This document shows, one piece after another, positions 46,756 to 56,046 of a stretch of 64,000 nt of DNA. The notes beneath the pieces were generated by a model. It searched no databases, was not told the DNA's origin, and saw nothing but the letters and a program-made list of their open reading frames with translations. The stretch's first letter is position 1; every line of letters starts with the position of its first letter. The stretch covers positions 2,400,001 to 2,464,000 of the forward strand of contig OZ244561.1 in assembly GCA_965217585.1 (NCBI GenBank), read 5' to 3'. The DNA comes from Candidatus Latescibacterota bacterium. GTDB taxonomy: Bacteria > Latescibacterota > UBA2968 > UBA8231. Both the position numbers and the translations under genes were made by a program.

Positions 46756-49401
46756 TCAATCTGTACCTGTACTGGCAAATATGCGCACGAAACCGATGGA
46801 TTCATCTCTGGCATCCTCTTCTTTGAACTTGGTACGCCGCAGTTGCAGACCTGTATTCGCGGTTATCTGGTAGCCCAAGTAGGCAGAAGTGTTGGAAATG
46901 AGGATCGAATAAACCTGGCTGCGGAAGTCGTCGACAAAGCCCGGGGGCGGCTCTTCCGGTCGCTCCTCCAAGTTTTCAAACCAGCTAAATTCGACCCCGC
47001 CTTCCAGCCATGTTCCCGGAAGCAGCGAGTAGCGGGTAATCAGAAATAGGGTTTCCTCAAGGTCGCGGGATTTCAGGCTCGATTTTGTCGAAGGGGTCTC
47101 GCGCCGAAATGTGCTCTTCCACCTAGGCCAGAGTATCAGGTCTTCCCCCACTTGAAGAGTGTACCCCGCCTTGTTGATCAAGCCGAAAAACGAGCGATTG
47201 CGCAGCTCGTCGGCCTGTTCTCCCCGCTGGTTGAAGATTTCGTACTTGATCTTGCCCTGAATATCCAGATCGCGAATCCGGTTGTACCTGGCCTGGAGGT
47301 ACAAGGTGTTGACAAAGGTGTCCTGATTCTCCAGGGGATCGCTGAAGTTCTCCGATCCCGTGGGATCTTTCCAGACCAGCCGGTCGTCCTTGATATTATC
47401 CTTTACCAGCTTGGCATGTTCGACCAGACCGATGTTCCACCCGGGCATATTCACCTCTGCCGTAAACAGTCCGTAGGTAGCGCGACTCTTCCTAGCGCTG
47501 CTAGGCATTCGTTCCTTCAGCCGGCCGATGGTAATTTGCGCTCTCTTAGCGAGCATCAGCCCTCCGTAGATATTGTATCCCCGGCGGTCCCGTTCGTAGG
47601 GAAAGTCCGGCTGCCGATCGTCCTCGAAGCGGTCGATGAGTGTGTTGTTGTTCAGGTCCATTCCGAAGAGGAACTCTGGAGGATCCACTGCGTAGCGCAG
47701 GAAGGGCTCGGCATAGTCGGGTCTAGAGTTGGCATTCTGGTTGAAATCGGAGACAAAGTCGTTGTTCTCGTCGAGTCCGGGGAAGACGTTGTTGTCGGCT
47801 CCCGCCCCTCCCACATCCCCGACCAGTCCGATCTGATTGATGCGTTGCCAGTCCGGAAAGCGGTCCTGGTCGTCGTTGTCGTCGACGAACTCAAACAGGT
47901 GCCTCTGCTCGTCGCTGTAGTCGATGCCCCCCAGTGAATTGGAGATGAAGGCCGTGGTGCTGTAGTCGGGAGCCATGTCAAAGGCCTCTGTGTAGACGAA
48001 CCAGGGATAGTTATTGTAGGAGGCCGTAACATAGGCCGCTTCGGCCTGGTCTTTTTCTGGATCGAGGTCGTTGACCCCAAAGTTCTGGTTGGGGAAGCGC
48101 CGGAAACGTCGGTTTACTGCGTACTCGGCGCGCAGGTCTAGGCCTCCTAAGTTGTTTATCTCCAAATCCAGACCAATTACCTCGTGGGCTGTGGGCAGGC
48201 CGTACTCAAACCTAATGAAGCGCTGATTGGACCCATCGATGACCTCCTTCTCAGCTTGGGCAACTGGCAAAAAAACTTGGCCTCCCAAGCGATCTGTTTG
48301 TTTGTTGGATGAAACCTCCACCCGGTAGTCGTTGGCTATGATCAGCTCGAACTCCAGCTTGGAAATATCCCCCAAGGTCGGCACCTCTTCCGTCGGTCTG
48401 AAGTCGTTCCTGACATCGTAGATCAGCTCAATCACATCTGTGCCGCGCGCCTCGAGGTTGCCCTCACTGCGAATCCCGCCTCGTATCAAGGGGGTGATCT
48501 CCGGATGTGGCTTCCCGTTGATCACCACTTGGTCGAAGAAGAGGAGTGCCCCCGATTGCGGGGTTTCCGGAGAATCGTCCGAGATCCGGACGACCACGGT
48601 TTCCACGCTGCCCTGGTTCTGGGGCTCGGTCAGCACGCCTTTTAAGGAGTTGTCTCCCAGAGTCAGGGTACTGGTGGTGTTGGCGACGTTGACCCAGGTC
48701 AGCCCGATTTGCGCGAAGTCTCCTAACTGTCCAACCCCTCTGCCTGCCAAAAGCCTCGAGGTGTTCTCGGATCGGTTAGCTCCGGATGTCTGCGTGAGGG
48801 CCGAAAAGCCGGGCGCACTGAGTCGAGACGCCAAGATGGTCATAGCGTACTTGTCGGTGAGGAAGTCCCACTGGATACCATTAAAGGTCGGCTTGGAAAA
48901 GGTGAGGGGTGTCAAGGTCGTGCGGAGCGCATCGCCGATGGTCAGGGAAGTGTGGAACTGGCCTTTCTGGGCAGACGACACGATGACATTGTTGAACCAA
49001 CTCTGGTAAAACGCGTTCTTGAATATCTCGCTTCCGAGCCGCTCCGGACTGTTCTCGGTCCAGTCGTAGATCTTCCATCCCCGGGCGATATAATTACCAA
49101 AGAGGTCGTATTGCCGGGTTCCTTCGAGCAGAATGTTCACGTAGCGCTGATAGTTTTGCCGGGCATAGTTACTGTACTCCCACCCCCGCCAGCTATATTC
49201 ATAGTACAGATTCTGGGGAAGATACCACTTCCGGCGGTTGGGAGCCAAGGCACCAGGGCGGACCCGTGCTCCGTAGATTCCCGGCTCTTCGACAGGGCGG
49301 TACCCGGTGAATAACTGAGCGTTTGCTGGGATTTCTCCCAATATGATACTGCTCAAGAAAAGCAACATTACCGGTCTTAAATGGCCTATTGCCTGCGACA
49401 T
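46756..49401 (-). CDS. Large secreted protein, putative outer-membrane beta-barrel with Asp/Asn-rich loop
   Basis: Signal peptide, alternating hydrophobic/aromatic strands in the C-terminal third, and DDNDDQDRFPD / DENNDFVSD / DLNNNTLIDRFEDD. Confidence 0.6.
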   Translation of the reverse strand: MSQAIGHLRPVMLLFLSSIILGEIPANAQLFTGYRPVEEPGIYGARVRPGALAPNRRKWYLPQNLYYEYSWRGWEYSNYARQNYQRYVNILLEGTRQYDLFGNYIARGWKIYDWTENSPERLGSEIFKNAFYQSWFNNVIVSSAQKGQFHTSLTIGDALRTTLTPLTFSKPTFNGIQWDFLTDKYAMTILASRLSAPGFSALTQTSGANRSENTSRLLAGRGVGQLGDFAQIGLTWVNVANTTSTLTLGDNSLKGVLTEPQNQGSVETVVVRISDDSPETPQSGALLFFDQVVINGKPHPEITPLIRGGIRSEGNLEARGTDVIELIYDVRNDFRPTEEVPTLGDISKLEFELIIANDYRVEVSSNKQTDRLGGQVFLPVAQAEKEVIDGSNQRFIRFEYGLPTAHEVIGLDLEINNLGGLDLRAEYAVNRRFRRFPNQNFGVNDLDPEKDQAEAAYVTASYNNYPWFVYTEAFDMAPDYSTTAFISNSLGGIDYSDEQRHLFEFVDDNDDQDRFPDWQRINQIGLVGDVGGAGADNNVFPGLDENNDFVSDFNQNANSRPDYAEPFLRYAVDPPEFLFGMDLNNNTLIDRFEDDRQPDFPYERDRRGYNIYGGLMLAKRAQITIGRLKERMPSSARKSRATYGLFTAEVNMPGWNIGLVEHAKLVKDNIKDDRLVWKDPTGSENFSDPLENQDTFVNTLYLQARYNRIRDLDIQGKIKYEIFNQRGEQADELRNRSFFGLINKAGYTLQVGEDLILWPRWKSTFRRETPSTKSSLKSRDLEETLFLITRYSLLPGTWLEGGVEFSWFENLEERPEEPPPGFVDDFRSQVYSILISNTSAYLGYQITANTGLQLRRTKFKEEDARDESIGFVRIFASTGTD

Positions 49402-49455
49402 ACATCACCTCCCATTATCCTTCTGAGAACTGCTCGCCCGAAATAGCCAAACCCA

Positions 49456-51765
49456 CTAATAGACCACGCTGATTGTCTGGGCCAAGGCCTCATCACTGGT
49501 CTGCGCCTCTATATCGATCCGGCATAGATAGATCCCGGGAGGCACCAGAGTCTGGCTATGGTCCTGACCGGACCAAGTAAAGAGCCATAACCCGTCCGTC
49601 TGACGCTGTCCCTCCAGTTGCCGCACCAAGCTACCGTCCAAGGTGTAGATCTGAACCTGGGCCGGCATGTCCACTTTCAAAATATTAAAGCGGATCTCTG
49701 CCTCGTCCCCTACGCCATCGCCGTTGGGAGTAAAGACAGGCTGGACCGAAAGATTGGCAATAAGCCGGTCACTCGAAACGACGTCGGGCAAGAAGACCGT
49801 GGTCGAGAAGCGCACATCGGCATCGGGATCAACTGGTTGCCAGAGTTCGGGGTTTTGAGTGTTACCGACAAAGGCCTTAAAATGATACGGGCTCTGCACT
49901 ACATTGACATACATCTCAATGTCTACTGGCTGCTGCTCCACTAGCTGGGGAAGCTCCACTATGAGAGAATCCGGGAAAAACTGCACGGCCTCGGTCGCCA
50001 GCACCACTGGGCTGCCATCTATCTGGACCGAGAAGCTGTCGGCATCCGCCTGGGAGGGGGTTTCCACCCGGATGCGGTCAAAGCCGGAATCTCCCGGACC
50101 GAACTGGGGCCGAAGGTGATATACAAATTTCTGGGCAACGCCCGGCCGGGCCTCTTTGGGCTCAATCTCGCCCACCGCCCCGATCAGAAAAGCATCGTCG
50201 AAATCGAGAGAAAGCGAACGCAAGGTCGCCGCTGTGTCCGGTCGGTCCGAAATCAGGGAGACCGCAAACTGCACGTACCGACGCGGACTTGGAGAAAGAA
50301 ACTCCTGCCCGGAAAATCGATAGGGATTGCTCCAGCCGCTCCAGTCTGCTCCTTCCACTAGGACTGCCTCTTTTTTGCCTCTCCGGGGTTTGGGCAATTT
50401 GTTGTAGAGTTCCTCGGTAACCTCGTTGCCATTTTTATCGTAGTAAATGGTCTGCTCTTCAAAGGTATTGCCCGAGCGGGTCTGGGCTTGCACCTTGGTA
50501 CCTGCGGGCAAGTCCGCATCCCAGCTGAGCGAGCGAAGCACCTTGGGCCGATCTCCCAAATCCTCAAAGCCCGAGGTCATCTCTACTTTGGCTATGTATC
50601 CGACCGGGAAGACGGCGATATCGTTGAGAATACTGCTCCTGTTGCCGACGTAAATATGCAGCATGTGGCGGATAGACTTAGGAGGGAACATGAGATAGTT
50701 CAGCCACTGGGGTGTGTTCCAGCCAATCGCATCGGGAAAATCGAAGAGCAGATCGAATTCTATCTCTCCGGCCAGAGTGCGTCTGGACCCGTCCGAGACA
50801 AATAACTGGACTCTCTGGTGGCCCGAGGTGGCGGCGTATGCCCCTTGCCCCTGACCCGCGTCCAGCGGCGCTAGTTCGAGAATCCGGTTTACCCAGAAAT
50901 GGGCCCCCAGATCCCAACTCCAGCTGAACTTGGCAGTCGGGTCCGTACTACTCACCTGCCAAGTGGTGCTGAGGTCCCCATCGACCAAGGCACTGGCGCG
51001 ACCAGTCGGCTCGGTTATAGTGCCGCCTCGATCAAAGATGCTAAGGGCAATATTCTGTCCAAAGGTGAAGACTTCCACTTCGGCAAGGGCCGCATCCGCA
51101 GTTTGGGCATCTACGACAATGCGCACGAACTGGATTGGTCCGTAGGTGGTCGAGGTATCTGTACCCGCCAGGGCTGCAGGACCAAATAGGCGGTTATTAG
51201 ACACCCTGCCGAAGGCCTGAACCGGGTATTCGATCAGAGTCTGTTCGTTCAGCCTGCTGGTGCCGCCAATTAAGTCGAAAAAAAAGAAATCCTGGCCTTG
51301 CGCTTGTCTAACGCCATTCGAGCCGAGGACTCGGAACACCCCTAGGGGCTTTGCCCCTTCTTGGTCGGGAAAGTGCAGGCGGATCTTGCTGGTCGGGACC
51401 GCCCGTCCCAAGTTGATCTCGATCCACCAATTCTCCACAGGGTCATTCGGATCGGGCTTCCAGAAGGTCTCGAGATCGCCATCAATGATATTGGCGGCAG
51501 CGTTCGGGTTTGATCCGACTTTCCACACTCCTCCTTGCACTTCTCCCTGCTCTTTTGTCTCATGGGTAAATTGATCCGCGTCGAGCGCGGCGTTGATGGA
51601 CGACTCGAACTTTATCGGGGTGATGGAGCCATCTGCCCCAAACTCGAGGGTTCCGGCAGGAAAATTCCACTCCTGGTCCACCTGGAACACCTGCCCTCTG
51701 GCCCCTTCTTCTATCAACGGGACTAGCAGGAAAGAAAAAGCGCAGAACTTGACCAGATTCTTCAT
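49456..51765 (-). CDS. Secreted protein with F5/8-discoidin-like domains and FlgD-Ig/CTD-like C-terminus (paralog 2)
   Basis: AANIIDGDLETFW..WIEINLG, LVDGD..W..WDLG, WSGWSNP and VFTPNGDG...VPPGIY...ISVVY. Confidence 0.75.
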   Translation of the reverse strand: MKNLVKFCAFSFLLVPLIEEGARGQVFQVDQEWNFPAGTLEFGADGSITPIKFESSINAALDADQFTHETKEQGEVQGGVWKVGSNPNAAANIIDGDLETFWKPDPNDPVENWWIEINLGRAVPTSKIRLHFPDQEGAKPLGVFRVLGSNGVRQAQGQDFFFFDLIGGTSRLNEQTLIEYPVQAFGRVSNNRLFGPAALAGTDTSTTYGPIQFVRIVVDAQTADAALAEVEVFTFGQNIALSIFDRGGTITEPTGRASALVDGDLSTTWQVSSTDPTAKFSWSWDLGAHFWVNRILELAPLDAGQGQGAYAATSGHQRVQLFVSDGSRRTLAGEIEFDLLFDFPDAIGWNTPQWLNYLMFPPKSIRHMLHIYVGNRSSILNDIAVFPVGYIAKVEMTSGFEDLGDRPKVLRSLSWDADLPAGTKVQAQTRSGNTFEEQTIYYDKNGNEVTEELYNKLPKPRRGKKEAVLVEGADWSGWSNPYRFSGQEFLSPSPRRYVQFAVSLISDRPDTAATLRSLSLDFDDAFLIGAVGEIEPKEARPGVAQKFVYHLRPQFGPGDSGFDRIRVETPSQADADSFSVQIDGSPVVLATEAVQFFPDSLIVELPQLVEQQPVDIEMYVNVVQSPYHFKAFVGNTQNPELWQPVDPDADVRFSTTVFLPDVVSSDRLIANLSVQPVFTPNGDGVGDEAEIRFNILKVDMPAQVQIYTLDGSLVRQLEGQRQTDGLWLFTWSGQDHSQTLVPPGIYLCRIDIEAQTSDEALAQTISVVY

Positions 51766-51781
51766 CGGAACAATCCTTTCC

Positions 51782-53728
51782 TCAGTACACTATTCCCACA
51801 GTCTCCGCCCGCACAAAGCTTTCCTGGTCGGCGTTAACCGAAACCTTGACCAGATAAATGCCCACTGGAAGCAGTTCCTCGCTGTCGTCCCGTCCATCCC
51901 ATGGCCTTATATGATTTCCGCTCCGCTCCTCCCCGGCCAGGGTCCGCACTCTCCGACCCGCCAGATCGAAGATTTCCACCTCCACCTCCACAGGCTCTAC
52001 CAGCTGTGAAAGGGTGAGCGCGATCAAAGCCTTTTCGTTGATCGCATCCCCATTGGGCGAGAACACCCTCGGAGTGACCTCGAAAGAGGACAGGATCTCC
52101 CTAGCGGACTCGGCTGCAGTCAGCACCCGCAGCGTATTGGTCGTTACCTCGGGGTTGGCATCGCCCGACAAAACCCTCTGAGGCACCTCTTCGCTTTGGG
52201 TATCGAAGACCTCGGCGTTCAAGAAGCTCCCTTGGACAAACACCTGAGCCTCGAAAATAATCTGCAGGACGTCTCGGCCAACTATCCGATGGGAAGAGGG
52301 GAAGAGTAAGGTCAGGCTGCCGAGTTCCTCTATAATCTCGGTGGGTTCTACCTTTTCAGGAGGATCTCCTATGAAGAGTTCCCCGAATTTTGGCTGCGAC
52401 GAGGGGGTGAATATCCGGATGCCATCAAAGCCGATGTCCGTTCCCGCAACATCGGCGATGAGATCGTAGACAAAGGTGACGAACTGGCCGACCGGCACGA
52501 CGGCCACACTGCGCGGAGGACGGGGCTCGTCCAGCACAGAGACCTCTCCGATTAATTGCTGGGCCAGCGGCGGAATAGAGTGCTCCACACTCAGAGAAGT
52601 GACCTGCATGCCGTCTAAAATGGACTGGCTCCTCATGGCGATCTCGAACTGAAAGTAGCGGCGCGGACTGGGCAGGGTGATTCTCTGCCCGGAGGCGGTA
52701 AAGGGCGATGACCAAAGACTCCAATTGATCTGGTCGTCTTGAATCCCGCCCTGTTCGTTTTGACCTAACTTGTTGTATTCGTCCTCTGTCACTACCTCTC
52801 GCTCCCGGGTAAACCGATCTACCAGCCGAAAAAAAACCCGGGGATTGTCGTCCGTCCCCGTGCGCATCCGGACGGAGATCTCTGTGTCGGCGTCTTCCAC
52901 TACGACCGGACTGTCGCCTTCCTGGCGCAGTCCCTCGACCGCCCATTCAAGCCGGCTGAAATTGGCCACCTCCCCTAAGTCAATGATCTTGGAGGTATAA
53001 CTGGCTTGGGGAGCGAAGCCTTTGCCGAAAAGCTGAAATTCGGCGATTTCGAATGGATTCGGAGAATTTACATGCAGGCGGATAAAGCGAATAAACTGCA
53101 GCGGAAACAAGACCTCCGCCGTGTCCTCACGGGTGAATTCCACCTGCCGGAGGAGGCTGTAATCCGGCCTATTGTCTTGGGTAAAGCTCAGCCCGTCGCT
53201 GGAGAAGAGACTGTAGCTCCGGATAAAATCCTCACTATAAGGTCGTCCTTGATCATCTACGCCAAACGGACGTGGAAAAAAGAGAATTCTATTCATCGGG
53301 ATCCGGGTCCCCAAGTCGAATTCAAATCTTCTCCCATTCTGTTGGACCCCGAATACCTTGAACTGATCCCCGGTGGAGGTAGTATCTTGCCCATCTACGA
53401 TCACCAGTTGCGACTCTCTCAAGGTGGTATTGTCCCAGATATGGGCCTGGGCACGCTCTTCAAGAAACCCTATCGGGCGGGCGCTGACCCAGCTCAACTG
53501 CTGGGTGATATTGTTCTGGGGATCGAATCCCAAACTCTTGATAGTTCCCGCCTGGGAAAAATCGAGAGCCGTCGAAGCCAGCTCCTGCGAAGCCCAAGAT
53601 TCGCCGCCTTCTCCCACCTTCCACTCCCTCACCTCTCCCCAGCTAATCCCCGACATGGCCGCAATCCAGATCGCCGTGATCGCCACCACAGCCGGCCTTT
53701 TCGATTGGGGCTTCATTGTTTTCCGCAT
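51782..53728 (-). CDS. Secreted protein with discoidin-like domain and FlgD-Ig/CTD-like C-terminus (paralog 1)
   Basis: Signal peptide, IVDG..FDLG, WSLWSSP and VFSPNGDAIN...WDGRD...GIY...VGIVY. Confidence 0.75.
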   Translation of the reverse strand: MRKTMKPQSKRPAVVAITAIWIAAMSGISWGEVREWKVGEGGESWASQELASTALDFSQAGTIKSLGFDPQNNITQQLSWVSARPIGFLEERAQAHIWDNTTLRESQLVIVDGQDTTSTGDQFKVFGVQQNGRRFEFDLGTRIPMNRILFFPRPFGVDDQGRPYSEDFIRSYSLFSSDGLSFTQDNRPDYSLLRQVEFTREDTAEVLFPLQFIRFIRLHVNSPNPFEIAEFQLFGKGFAPQASYTSKIIDLGEVANFSRLEWAVEGLRQEGDSPVVVEDADTEISVRMRTGTDDNPRVFFRLVDRFTREREVVTEDEYNKLGQNEQGGIQDDQINWSLWSSPFTASGQRITLPSPRRYFQFEIAMRSQSILDGMQVTSLSVEHSIPPLAQQLIGEVSVLDEPRPPRSVAVVPVGQFVTFVYDLIADVAGTDIGFDGIRIFTPSSQPKFGELFIGDPPEKVEPTEIIEELGSLTLLFPSSHRIVGRDVLQIIFEAQVFVQGSFLNAEVFDTQSEEVPQRVLSGDANPEVTTNTLRVLTAAESAREILSSFEVTPRVFSPNGDAINEKALIALTLSQLVEPVEVEVEIFDLAGRRVRTLAGEERSGNHIRPWDGRDDSEELLPVGIYLVKVSVNADQESFVRAETVGIVY

Positions 53729-54053
53729 GTCAACCCCCCAAAAAAGTGAGAGGACTATGTCCGCTCCTCCCCATCCATATTGAGCCTACATGTTCTGACA
53801 ATCTGAGTGGTCTGTCAACTAAATTATTGCACTATATATTCTTAAATATAGGGGTGCGTATGCCTTCACCTTTTCACGGCGCTTGCCCCTAGGACCTGGT
53901 CCCCGGCAGGCCGACCAAATCAGTGATACTTGTTCACAAATTAGGCGATTAGTATACTTGATGACGATGGTCCTGCCGGGGCTTGTTATCAGTCGGCGGC
54001 GGAGAAGCGACGGGTGGGAATAGTCTGAAATATAAGCCCTACCGCTGGCAACT

Positions 54054-56027
54054 TTGCGCACACCTTCACGGCTAGGCTGGTCAGCGATCTCTTCGTCCTC
54101 CAAAGCGTCTTCCCCTTTCACACTCAGAGCGATTTCAGTAGGCTGCTTTTGTGCCTTCTCTGTCTCGGCCGGAGCGGCGTATGGGACCTTGTACCTGCAC
54201 GGGTCGTTTATGGCGCTAGGGACCAGCATGCCTGGGGCCGTCTTTTTGTTGTTTGTCCTCACTTTGATCTTAAACCCCCTGCTCAAGCTGATCCATCCCC
54301 GAGCGGGCCTCAACCGAGGGGAACTACTGGTCGTCTATATAATGATGGTCATGGCCTCGCCGATTCCCACCCTCTTCGTCGGCAAGTTCCTCAGTGCTAT
54401 CAGTTATCCCTATTATTACGCCACGCCCGAAAACGAGTGGAGGGAACTCATCCATCCCTACATCCCCGACTGGCTGATGGTGCATAATGTTGATATCGTC
54501 AAAAAGTTCTACGAGGGTGGGGGCCGGAATGAGCCGATTCCCTGGGCGATCTGGCGGCCGGTGTTTTTGGCTTGGCTGCCCTTCGTCTGGGCCCTGTTCT
54601 TAGTGATGATTTCCCTCATGATCATTATGCGCAAGCAGTGGGTCGAACACGAGCGTCTGATCTATCCGCTGATGCAGGTGTCCTTAGCCATGACCGAACA
54701 AGGCCGTTATGGCGAACGCGTCAGCCCTTTTTTTAAAAACCCGGTGATGTGGGCCGGCTTTGCCCTCCCGGCCCTGTGGGGCACGCTGCACGGACTCTAC
54801 AACTACTTCCCGGAGATTATACCCATTGCCAAGGAGATAGACCCGCTCCACCTGAGATTGCCGATATTCTACGGCGTAGCCGATATGTACGTGCTTCTGC
54901 GTTTCAACATTATTGGCTTTTTCTACTTTCTCAAAACCGAGATCGCCTTCAGTCTGTGGTTTTTCAATTTACTAGCCTACGTGGTTCGGGGGATTTTCGG
55001 AATTCTGGGCATTACCAGCCCGCAGACACAATCCGCCGGACATGGGGTACACAATCTAATCCTAGCCCAGCAGGCCATGGGAGCGATGCTAGTGTTGTTT
55101 TTGGGGGGTCTGTGGTCGGCGCGCAGGCACTTAAGAGGAGTTTTGCGCAAAGCCTTCTTAGGAGATCCAGGTGTGGATGATTCCGAGGAGATCCTCTCCT
55201 ACCGGGGGGCGGTGATCGCACTGATGGCCAGTAGTGTGATCATGGTGGGGTGGTTGTGGTTGGCAGGACTGCCAATGGTGTTTGGATTGGCCATACTCTT
55301 TTTAGGGATGGTGGTCCTCTTCGGATACTCCCGAGTTGTGGCAGAAGGCGGCCTGTCGGATGGCGAACCGCCGGTGGTGCCGGCCGGCATCCTGGTGTCG
55401 GCGGTGGGTTCGTCGGTCATTGGGCCTCAAGGACTAGTCGTGCTGGCAACCACATTCCTGTGGACCACTGGGCGTAATTTCGTCATGGTATCGTGCGCCA
55501 ACAGCCTCCGGTTGGGCGAGGAGTTGGGAGGCGAAAAACGGGCGCTGTTCTGGGTGATTCTCCTGGCCCTAGCTGTATCCCTAGGCGCGGCGATCTGGAT
55601 GATCATGACCTTGGGACATCAGTACGGGGCCATCAACTTGTGGATCTGGGGAGGGGGGGAGTACAGCTATGCGGAAAAATTGATCCGCACACCAATGGAG
55701 CCGTATGCGTGGAGCTGGATCAATACCGCCATCGGGGCGGCGATTATGACGCTGCTGATGGTGGCGCGCTGGCTCTATGTGTGGTGGCCATTACATCCTT
55801 TGGGCTATGCCATCGGGCCAATATGGATCATAGACGCTCTCTGGTTCAATATGTTCTTGGCCTGGCTGATCAAGGTTGTAGTTCTCAAGTACGGGGGAGT
55901 GGGGCTCTATCGGCGAACCCGTCCCTTCTTTATGGGCATGATTTTGGGATACTTCACACCGGCCGGCTTCTACCTCATCGTCGACCACTTCACAGGGATG
56001 ACCTGGAACATTATTTTTTGGGGTTGA
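54054..56027 (+). CDS. DUF6785/DUF6784-like polytopic membrane protein
   Basis: About 15 hydrophobic segments. ELLVVYIM, ATPENEW, RKQWVEHERLIYPL, RVVAEGG, WWPLHPLG and YGGVGLYRR.RPFF.G. The start is uncertain. Confidence 0.7.
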   Translation: MRTPSRLGWSAISSSSKASSPFTLRAISVGCFCAFSVSAGAAYGTLYLHGSFMALGTSMPGAVFLLFVLTLILNPLLKLIHPRAGLNRGELLVVYIMMVMASPIPTLFVGKFLSAISYPYYYATPENEWRELIHPYIPDWLMVHNVDIVKKFYEGGGRNEPIPWAIWRPVFLAWLPFVWALFLVMISLMIIMRKQWVEHERLIYPLMQVSLAMTEQGRYGERVSPFFKNPVMWAGFALPALWGTLHGLYNYFPEIIPIAKEIDPLHLRLPIFYGVADMYVLLRFNIIGFFYFLKTEIAFSLWFFNLLAYVVRGIFGILGITSPQTQSAGHGVHNLILAQQAMGAMLVLFLGGLWSARRHLRGVLRKAFLGDPGVDDSEEILSYRGAVIALMASSVIMVGWLWLAGLPMVFGLAILFLGMVVLFGYSRVVAEGGLSDGEPPVVPAGILVSAVGSSVIGPQGLVVLATTFLWTTGRNFVMVSCANSLRLGEELGGEKRALFWVILLALAVSLGAAIWMIMTLGHQYGAINLWIWGGGEYSYAEKLIRTPMEPYAWSWINTAIGAAIMTLLMVARWLYVWWPLHPLGYAIGPIWIIDALWFNMFLAWLIKVVVLKYGGVGLYRRTRPFFMGMILGYFTPAGFYLIVDHFTGMTWNIIFWG

Positions 56028-56046
56028 GCAAGTTCGCAAAAAGAGC

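Noticed and set aside
53796-53817. TGACA-N12-TGTCA inverted repeat in the divergent promoter region
   Set aside because: Only 5-bp arms that overlap a possible -35 box, and no second copy was seen; too weak to call an operator.
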